Shown here: in pieces, positions 17,341 to 24,000 of the stretch
How positions within the stretch are numbered: position 1 is the stretch's first letter
Layout: the number at the start of each line of letters is the position of its first letter
DNA from: Candidatus Fokinia solitaria
GTDB lineage: Bacteria; Pseudomonadota; Alphaproteobacteria; Rickettsiales; Midichloriaceae
NCBI RefSeq assembly: GCF_003072485.1
Contig: NZ_CP025989.1
Span: forward strand, 273,297 to 297,296
Direction: 5' to 3'
DNA: 24,000 nt
Program-made: the position numbers and the translations under genes
The notes under the pieces: model-generated
Database searches by the model: none
What the model saw: only the letters and a program-made list of their open reading frames with translations
Told to the model about the DNA's origin: nothing

Positions 17341-19814
17341 ATTGTTATGTGATTAGTTTGAAAAATTTCATTATTGATTTCCTTTGGTTTATTGTCATCG
17401 ATGACTAATTGTTCAACGCATAGCACGTTTGTTAAATCATCTATCAGCGATTTTGAAAATGCTATACTGGTATGCAGAATAATTTTTTGCATCATTTTAT
17501 TCATTGCGATCTTACGTTCTGATCTAAATTTTCTCACAATGCTTATTACGTTTAGCGATTCGGAGATTGCAGTATTATCGTTTACTATTTCTTTCATCTC
17601 TGCAATGTGTTTAGGAAAAGCATCGTGAGAATGTACTGATGATAATGATAAATCATGATTTAATGTGTTACTCTTCTCTTTTGCTGTTCTCAGTATTATT
17701 TTTTGAAATATTTCTTCTGCGATATATGGTGTGATTGGCGCGATCAATTTCACTATAATAGATATCGCATAGTACATTGTGAGAGCTGCACTATTACCAG
17801 CTTTTGCGCTATGATGCAAATAAACGCGATTCTTGACGATTTCGATGTAATAATCACAAAATGTTTTCCAAAAGAAGTTTAATATCTCTCGCATTGCGTG
17901 ACAGTAATCAAAATTATTATAGTGCTGAAAGACACTCTTTGTTAAAGAGAGTAATTCATTTAAAAGCCATATATCATATGTTTCTTCGATCTCACCAAGA
18001 TGAAGTGAATTTTCGATAGTTGAAGGAGAAGCTGTCATACGTTCTAAGTGTTGAGCGCAAAATCTACTTGCATTAAAAAGCTTTGTAAGAAAGCGTTTTG
18101 CATCTTTGATAATATCATCAGAATACGCTATATCTGTACCGAGTGGCGCTGTAGCTGCCCAATATCGTATCGCATCTGCACCATGCGCTTTGAGTTCAGT
18201 CAATGGCTCTATAATATTTCCCTTTGATTTACTCATTTTCTCATGATTTTTACCAAGGCACCAGCCGCTGATCATGATGTTATGCCACGGTATGTTATCT
18301 TCATGAAAGAGAGATTGTGCTATCGTACCGAAAGCCCACGTTCTTATTATCTCATGTGCCTGCGTTCTAAGAGAAAATGGAAATATCGAAGAGTCTGTTT
18401 CTTTGAGAGATGCTACGTTAATTTGAGGAGATAACGTACTTGTAGCCCACGTATCCATTACGTCAGAATCCGATACTACATCATCTTTGGTATAGTCACG
18501 AGGCAGTATTTTAGCTGGATCAAGTGGTAATTGTGTTTCCTCTGCAACTATTACTTTACCTTCTTCACCGACTTTTTTGGAATACCATACAGGAAATGGT
18601 ATACCAAAATATCTTTGTCTAGATATGCACCAGTCTTGATTAAGATTATCGATCCATTGTTCTACTCTTATTCTCATATAATCAGGATGCCAGTTTATCT
18701 TATGTACTTGCGCCATCAATTTATCTTTGTACCGCATTACATTAATATACCACTGTTGCGTTACTATGATTTCTAGTGGTGCGCCCGATCTTTCAGCGCA
18801 TTTTACGTGTTGTACTACTTCCTTGCTATCTTTTAGTACACCTTCTTGCTCGAGTAATTCTACTATTTTTGTTCTCGCGGCTTTTATCTTCATACCATTT
18901 AGCAAGCCAGAATTTTCCATCAATCCATTTTTGGTGATAACATTGGTGCACGTAAATTTATGAATTCGCCACCACTCTACATCTTGCGCGTCTCCGAATG
19001 TGCAACACATCACAGCGCCTGTACCTTTTTGCATATCTACGCTTATATCTTCGATAATTGGCACTATATGATGAGAAATCGGAACGATACATGATGCGCC
19101 GATCAGTTTTCTATATCTTTGATCTTGTGGATGAATCAGTACTGCTTTGCATGCGTATAACATTTCCGGTCTTGTAGTGGCGATGATGATATCGTCTTGT
19201 TTATCACTAATCGAAAAAACGAGTTCATACATCCTCCCTATAAACTCTTTATCTTCTATTTCAGCTTGCGATATTGCAGTTTGATCTACATGATCCCAGA
19301 ATACTGGCGCTTCTTTCCTATATATGATCCCCCTATGATATAGCTTCGTAAAAGATAATTGTGACAATCGTTGGACTTTTTCGGAAATTGTATTGTATTG
19401 AAGAGTCCAGTCATACGTAAAGCCTGCGATGCTTAATAAAGTTCGAAATTGCTCATGGAATTTCACTATTCTTTCCGAGCATTTTTGTATAAAGTCCGCT
19501 TTATCAATGCGGTGCGCTACGATATTGTACTCTTTTTCTATCAATCTTTCCGTTGGTAAACCGTTATCGTCGAAGCCTGGTGAGTAGAATACGTTGTATC
19601 CGCACATTCGCTTAAATCTTGCGATAAAATCGGTGTGAGAATAGCTAAATAAGTGTCCTATGTGCATATTGCCAGATACAGTAGGAGGTGGCGAATCTAT
19701 CGAGAATACTTCTCTTTTGCATGCTGTTTGCCATTGATATAACTTGCTTGAATCCCAGAAGAGTCTGATTCTCGATTCAATGTCATCGTGATTATATTTT
19801 GTAAATTCGTACAT
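17325..19814 (-). CDS. valS: Valine--tRNA ligase (short, non-canonical archaeal-like type)
   Basis: The HIGH region is PPPTVSGNMHIGHLFSYSHTD and the KMSKS motif is HEKMSKSKGN. The GFDDNGLPTE block replaces the canonical bacterial GTDHAGIATQ. At 829 aa there is no long C-terminal coiled coil. The 3' end overlaps the nuoM start by 16 nt. Confidence 0.92.
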   Translation of the reverse strand: MYEFTKYNHDDIESRIRLFWDSSKLYQWQTACKREVFSIDSPPPTVSGNMHIGHLFSYSHTDFIARFKRMCGYNVFYSPGFDDNGLPTERLIEKEYNIVAHRIDKADFIQKCSERIVKFHEQFRTLLSIAGFTYDWTLQYNTISEKVQRLSQLSFTKLYHRGIIYRKEAPVFWDHVDQTAISQAEIEDKEFIGRMYELVFSISDKQDDIIIATTRPEMLYACKAVLIHPQDQRYRKLIGASCIVPISHHIVPIIEDISVDMQKGTGAVMCCTFGDAQDVEWWRIHKFTCTNVITKNGLMENSGLLNGMKIKAARTKIVELLEQEGVLKDSKEVVQHVKCAERSGAPLEIIVTQQWYINVMRYKDKLMAQVHKINWHPDYMRIRVEQWIDNLNQDWCISRQRYFGIPFPVWYSKKVGEEGKVIVAEETQLPLDPAKILPRDYTKDDVVSDSDVMDTWATSTLSPQINVASLKETDSSIFPFSLRTQAHEIIRTWAFGTIAQSLFHEDNIPWHNIMISGWCLGKNHEKMSKSKGNIIEPLTELKAHGADAIRYWAATAPLGTDIAYSDDIIKDAKRFLTKLFNASRFCAQHLERMTASPSTIENSLHLGEIEETYDIWLLNELLSLTKSVFQHYNNFDYCHAMREILNFFWKTFCDYYIEIVKNRVYLHHSAKAGNSAALTMYYAISIIVKLIAPITPYIAEEIFQKIILRTAKEKSNTLNHDLSLSSVHSHDAFPKHIAEMKEIVNDNTAISESLNVISIVRKFRSERKIAMNKMMQKIILHTSIAFSKSLIDDLTNVLCVEQLVIDDNKPKEINNEIFQTNHITICIFQ

Positions 19815-19899
19815 TTTAAAGTGAAGAAAATGCTTGGAAACTTCAAATATTTACACTACCCTCCGTACTAGGTATGTGTGTATACGTGATCTTACTACG

Positions 19900-20550
19900 A
19901 TGAAAAGATATTCTTTGCAATTACTTCCTTATCTTTACAATGCATTAGAGCCTAGCATTTCAAAGAGTACTTTGGAGTTTCACTATGATAAGCATCATCG
20001 TGGTTATCTTGATAATATAAATAAAATAGCTGAAGAATATAATTTAGAGCATGAAGGAGGGATAGAAAGTCTTTTTGTACATGCTGATTCAAAATTAAAA
20101 GGAGGGACTAAGGATCCAGCACTGTGGAATTCAGTATTTAACAATGCAGGACAAGTTTTAAATCATGACTTTTTTTGGAACTCAATATGCGCGCGAGAGG
20201 ATTCTATTTCAAGCGCTGAAAATATTGATAATAAGCTGGTAACTGCAATTGAAACGGCATTTGGTTCAATCGATCAATTTAAACAGGATTTCGTCAAAGT
20301 TGGAGTAAGTCAGTTTGGTAGTGGATGGATATGGTTAGTATGGTTACCGCGTGAAAGAAAATTGCAAATAGTGAAAACAGCAAATGCAAATTCTCCATTG
20401 CTTGATGGTATGGTGCCTCTCATGGTATGCGACGTATGGGAGCATGCATATTATTTAGACTATCAAAATAGAAGAGCGGATTTTCTCAAAAAAGTTGTTG
20501 AAAATCATTTGAATTGGAAATTTGTATCAAGTCGTTTTAACTCGTTATAG
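19900..20550 (+). CDS. sodB: Fe/Mn-family superoxide dismutase (Fe-type by motif)
   Basis: Signatures are LPYLYNALEPSISKSTLEFHYDKHHRGY, NHDFFW and DVWEHAYYLDYQNRR. The track start at TTG 19834 adds 22 atypical residues, and ATG 19900 (MKRYSLQLLPY) matches the usual SOD N-terminus. Confidence 0.88.
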   Translation: MKRYSLQLLPYLYNALEPSISKSTLEFHYDKHHRGYLDNINKIAEEYNLEHEGGIESLFVHADSKLKGGTKDPALWNSVFNNAGQVLNHDFFWNSICAREDSISSAENIDNKLVTAIETAFGSIDQFKQDFVKVGVSQFGSGWIWLVWLPRERKLQIVKTANANSPLLDGMVPLMVCDVWEHAYYLDYQNRRADFLKKVVENHLNWKFVSSRFNSL

Positions 20551-20553
20551 TGA

Positions 20554-20871
20554 TTGTCTGTGGTTTCTATATTGCATCTCTTCCTTCTTTCTTTCTTCGT
20601 TCTTACACTTGGTATCCTTTGTATGGTGCTAAAGAGAAGAAATGTGATGCACCTTTTTATAGGCATAGAAATAATGCTACTTGCGCTGAATATAATCTTT
20701 GTAAGTGTAGGTGTTTTTTTTAATGATATATTAGGGCAGATCATAGGTATCATCCTTATATGTGTTGGCGCTGCAGAAGTTGCTGTTGGATTGTCAATTT
20801 TAGTGGCTTATGTAAATGTGAAAAAGTCCACTCATTTAATGTCAGATGAGCTTGATAAATTACGTGATTAA
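20554..20871 (+). CDS. nuoK: NADH-quinone oxidoreductase subunit K (ND4L homologue)
   Basis: About 100 aa with three TM segments, plus RRNVMHLFIGIEIMLLALNI and GAAEVAVGLSILVAY. The first ATG would delete TM1, so the start must be TTG 20554, GTG 20560 or TTG 20572. It begins 3 nt after the sodB stop and ends 2 nt before the lolC/E start. Confidence 0.85.
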   Translation: MSVVSILHLFLLSFFVLTLGILCMVLKRRNVMHLFIGIEIMLLALNIIFVSVGVFFNDILGQIIGIILICVGAAEVAVGLSILVAYVNVKKSTHLMSDELDKLRD

Positions 20872-20873
20872 AG

Positions 20874-22121
20874 ATGAGAGTAGAGTTTATTATTGCTAGA
20901 AGATTTGCTTTTAGTAAGCAGAATAGAGCTTTTATGCATGTAATTAATGGCTTCGCTATTGCTGGTATAGCAATCGGTGTTGCTACTTTGATAATAGTAA
21001 CGTCCGTGATGTATGGCTACAAATCATATATTGTGAAAAAGATGCTTGGAGTGCAAAGTCATCTCCTCATTTATCCATACGATGGTACTATGCTTCGTGA
21101 TGAATGTGATGTGAAAAAAGTGAAGAGTATAAAGGGCGTAGAACATGTATCATGCGTCGTACAGGGACAAGCTATGGTGACTTATAATAAGAATATTGAC
21201 GGAGTGTTGATAAAAGGCGTAGATAGTGAAGCGCTGGAGTATTGCTTTAAAGAAGGAAACTTTATTCGTGGCAGCATTGTAGAACGTAAAAATGATAATA
21301 CTGGCGCCTTTTTTGTTGTTGGTGATGGTATTATGAGAAATGCATTACGTGATGGTACATTAAGAATAAAACTCACAATACCTCAATTTGTAGAAACGTT
21401 TTTAGGAATCATACCGAGAAGTAAAAGCTATCAGATAAACGATTATTTTGATTCAGGAATGATGGATTACAATAATAGTATGATCTTCATGAATATAGAG
21501 GATTGCAGGAAGCTATTTGGTTATTCAGAAAAAGTAATAACTGGCATTGAAATTATGGTACGAGATCCGCTTGATATATCAAATATTAAAGCTGAGTTAG
21601 AAGCGTTTTTTAAAGATAAATACGCTGTTCTCGACTGGAAAAAGAGGAATGGTCATTTGATAGTTGCTTTAGACGCTGAGAGAACAACTATGTATATAAT
21701 ACTGTCTATCATCGTTATTGTTGCGACTTTTAATATATTTTCCGGCCTCATGGTGATGGTGCAAGATAAAAGAAGAGAAATTGCTATATTAAGAACGATC
21801 GGAATGTCAAAATTTTCCGTGATGTCCATATTTCTTTTATGTAGCATTTACATAGGAATGAGTGGCACGGTGCTTGGTGTGATCTTCGGTTGCATATTTG
21901 CTAAAAATCTGCATTTTATCAGAGCTATTGTAGAAGAGTTATTTGACATGACTTTGTTTGATCCTAAAATTTATGTTTTAACGGAACTTCCAGTAGAGTT
22001 ATCACTGTCAAGTATTGCGTCTATAGCTCTTTTTTCAATAGTCTGTTCTCTATTCGCATCTCTTTATCCTTCACTCAGTATTGCAAAAATATCTCCCTCT
22101 ACTGTGCTGAAAGATGGATAA
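20874..22121 (+). CDS. lolC: Lipoprotein-releasing system transmembrane subunit LolC/LolE (FtsX/MacB-type permease)
   Basis: 415 aa. The N-terminus is ARRFAFSK, followed by a TM segment, a large periplasmic domain, and a C-terminal FtsX-type 3-TM bundle with REIAILRTIGMS. Confidence 0.82.
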   Translation: MRVEFIIARRFAFSKQNRAFMHVINGFAIAGIAIGVATLIIVTSVMYGYKSYIVKKMLGVQSHLLIYPYDGTMLRDECDVKKVKSIKGVEHVSCVVQGQAMVTYNKNIDGVLIKGVDSEALEYCFKEGNFIRGSIVERKNDNTGAFFVVGDGIMRNALRDGTLRIKLTIPQFVETFLGIIPRSKSYQINDYFDSGMMDYNNSMIFMNIEDCRKLFGYSEKVITGIEIMVRDPLDISNIKAELEAFFKDKYAVLDWKKRNGHLIVALDAERTTMYIILSIIVIVATFNIFSGLMVMVQDKRREIAILRTIGMSKFSVMSIFLLCSIYIGMSGTVLGVIFGCIFAKNLHFIRAIVEELFDMTLFDPKIYVLTELPVELSLSSIASIALFSIVCSLFASLYPSLSIAKISPSTVLKDG

Positions 22122-22145
22122 AATGCTTACTATAGTATCGTATAA

Positions 22146-22174
22146 TTGACAAATTACCGCTATAAGTCTACTCT
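22146..22174 (+). promoter_or_regulatory. Candidate promoter for gyrB (TTGACA-N17-TACTCT)
   Basis: A perfect -35 hexamer lies at 22146-22151, followed by a 17-nt spacer and a -10 at 22169-22174 that keeps T1, A2 and T6. It sits about 40 nt upstream of the gyrB ATG. This rests on sequence match only. Confidence 0.3.
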
Positions 22175-22215
22175 GAGAGTGATTATGACATTGCTGATTT
22201 TTTTACAATTTCTGA

Positions 22216-24000
22216 ATGACGAAGAAATATGATGCCTCGTCCATCCAAGTTTTGGAAGGACTGGACGCCGTTAAAAAAAGACCAGGAATGTATATTGGAG
22301 ATGTAAGCTCTTCATTAGGGCTACACAATATGTTAAATGAAGTTCTGGATAATGCAGTTGATGAGTGTATTGCTGGATACGCAAAAAATATCTCAATCTC
22401 TTTGAATAGTGATGGTTCAGCGAGTGTAGAGGATGATGGTAGAGGAATACCCGTAGATGTATACGAAGGAGAGGGAGTTTCTGCAGCTGAGGTTATAATG
22501 ACAAAATTGCATGCTGGTGGAAAGTTTGACAGCGATGCATACAAAATGTCCGGTGGTCTTCATGGAGTTGGAGTATCTGTGGTAAATGCATTATCAGAGT
22601 GGCTTTTATTAACTGTATGGAGAGATAATGAGTATGAGATTCTCTTTGAAGAAGGTAGAACGGTAAGCCCTCTAAAAGTAAATGCTACAAATGTTAAGAA
22701 ATGCGGTACTAGAGTGACTTTTCTTCCTTCTAGAGGAGTTTTCGCAGTAGTAGAATTTGATTATAATTATATAGAGCAAAGAATAAGAGAGCTTGCTTTC
22801 CTTAATCCAAGTGCTTCTTTTATAATAAGAGACTATAGAAAAGATGAGCCATTTGAGAAGACTTTCTGCTTTGCAGGAGGCGTGAAGGAATTTGTCGCTT
22901 ATTTGGATAGAGCGAAAAATAAGCTACACGATATAATCGACATTCAGGGGCAAAGTGATGATGTAATAGTAAATGTAAGCCTCGCATGGAATGATGGCTA
23001 TGCAGAAAATGTGATGTGCTTCACAAATAATATAAGGCAAAGAGATGGAGGAACTCATCTTGCAGGCTTTAGAAGTGCTATTACAAGAGCTGTAACTGCA
23101 TATGTTAATACAGTGAAGCATAAAAAATACGAAAAATTGGAAGTATCACCGGATGATATAAGAGAAGGACTGACAGCTGTATTATCCATAAAAGTTCATG
23201 AGCCGATATTTTCATCTCAGACAAAGGAAAAATTAGCAAGCGGTAACGTAAAAAGCGCCGTAGAGCAGGTTGTGTTTTCTAATATTGAAAGATGGTTTGA
23301 GCAGAATCCGAATTCTGCAAAAGCTATTGCGAATAAGATATTAGATTCTGCTATAGCAAGAGAAGCAGCGAGAAAAGCACGAGATTTAAGTAGGAAAAAG
23401 CCTGGATTTGAAATATCTGTTCTTGCGGGGAGGTTGGCTAGCTGTCAAGAAAAGGATCCTTCGTTATGCGAGTTATTTATAGTTGAGGGAGAATCTGCAG
23501 GTGGTTCAGCGAAGCAAGGGCGCGATAGAGCTACACAAGCTGTACTGCCATTGAGAGGAAAAGTTCTTAATGTAGAGAGAGCGAGAATAGATAAAGTATT
23601 ATCTCATTCGGAAATTGGTACTCTTGTAAGTGCGCTTGGTACCGGAATAGGGAGAGATATTTTAGATGTATCAAAATTAAGATATCATAAGATAATACTG
23701 ATGACAGATGCTGATGTAGATGGCGCGCACATTAGAACTCTACTCATTACGTTCTTTTTCAGATATATGTACTCTATTATAGAAGAAGGGCATCTATACA
23801 TCGCAGAGCCTCCGTTGTATAAAGTACGAAAAGGGCAAAGTGAGAAGTACATCAAAGATGAACGTGAGTTAAAAGTATTTTTGATGTCCATAGTATCAGA
23901 TGATGTATTTGCAATTCTAAAAGGAGAAGTATCACGAGGATATATTTTAGAGAGATTGGAAGCTATTAGCAGTTTTTCAGAGTATATTAATCACAGAGAA
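22216..24000 (+). CDS. gyrB: DNA gyrase subunit B (5' partial; continues beyond the window)
   Basis: My own translation from ATG 22216 is MTKKYDASSIQVLEGLDAVKKRPGMYIGD...LHNMLNEVLDNAVDE...DDGRGIPVD...LHGVGVSVVNALS...EGESAGGSAKQGRDR..QAVLPLRGKVLNVE...IILMTDADVDGAHIRTLLITFFFRY. The frame stays open for 595 codons to position 24000. It is absent from the ORF track only because there is no stop codon inside the window. Confidence 0.95.
   Translation, partial: MTKKYDASSIQVLEGLDAVKKRPGMYIGDVSSSLGLHNMLNEVLDNAVDECIAGYAKNISISLNSDGSASVEDDGRGIPVDVYEGEGVSAAEVIMTKLHAGGKFDSDAYKMSGGLHGVGVSVVNALSEWLLLTVWRDNEYEILFEEGRTVSPLKVNATNVKKCGTRVTFLPSRGVFAVVEFDYNYIEQRIRELAFLNPSASFIIRDYRKDEPFEKTFCFAGGVKEFVAYLDRAKNKLHDIIDIQGQSDDVIVNVSLAWNDGYAENVMCFTNNIRQRDGGTHLAGFRSAITRAVTAYVNTVKHKKYEKLEVSPDDIREGLTAVLSIKVHEPIFSSQTKEKLASGNVKSAVEQVVFSNIERWFEQNPNSAKAIANKILDSAIAREAARKARDLSRKKPGFEISVLAGRLASCQEKDPSLCELFIVEGESAGGSAKQGRDRATQAVLPLRGKVLNVERARIDKVLSHSEIGTLVSALGTGIGRDILDVSKLRYHKIILMTDADVDGAHIRTLLITFFFRYMYSIIEEGHLYIAEPPLYKVRKGQSEKYIKDERELKVFLMSIVSDDVFAILKGEVSRGYILERLEAISSFSEYINHRE

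Noticed and set aside
22203-22544. 113-aa minus-strand ORF, and the apparent absence of any plus-strand ORF after 22216 in the track
   Set aside because: The minus ORF is antisense to an unmistakable gyrB reading frame. gyrB is missing from the track only because it has no stop inside the window, so this is neither a pseudogene nor a novel gene.

Overview
This is an AT-rich, tightly packed housekeeping region. It looks like core chromosome from a reduced, probably obligately intracellular alphaproteobacterium (Rickettsiales-like). The hints are a long alpha-type L36, a Tim44-like protein, COQ7, a short non-canonical ValRS, nuo genes scattered as singletons, and near-absent Shine-Dalgarno sequences. 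I can support 19 protein genes: an MBL-fold hydrolase, a Tim44-like protein, a class I/II aminotransferase, coq7, a PAP2 phosphatase, gpsA, glmU, trpS, murC, rplJ, gyrA, rpmJ (not in the ORF track), a YhhQ-family transporter, nuoM, valS, sodB, nuoK, lolC/E, and the first 595 codons of gyrB. The gyrB ORF runs off the window end, which is why it is missing from the track. There are also two tRNAs with CAT anticodons: one elongator Met/Ile2-type and the initiator tRNA-fMet. I found no mobile element, CRISPR array, or defence, toxin or secretion locus, and I cannot honestly claim a novel multi-gene system here. Six things deserve a second look. (1) A roughly 101-codon HTH-like ORF upstream of gpsA is split by a frameshift inside an A9 homopolymer. 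(2) A roughly 920-bp gene-free gap between gyrA and rpmJ holds two families of imperfect tandem repeats (73-bp and about 38-nt units, neither a multiple of 3). (3) rpmJ starts only 13 nt after the 3' CCA of tRNA-fMet. (4) rplJ is an orphan, detached from rplL and rplA, and carries a near-identical in-frame 33-nt duplication in the C-terminal helix that binds L7/L12. (5) nuoK and nuoM are isolated singletons embedded in unrelated operon-like arrays. (6) GyrA and COQ7 carry lineage-specific insertions. Several ORF-track starts are TTG-extended; I give the more likely internal ATG starts.
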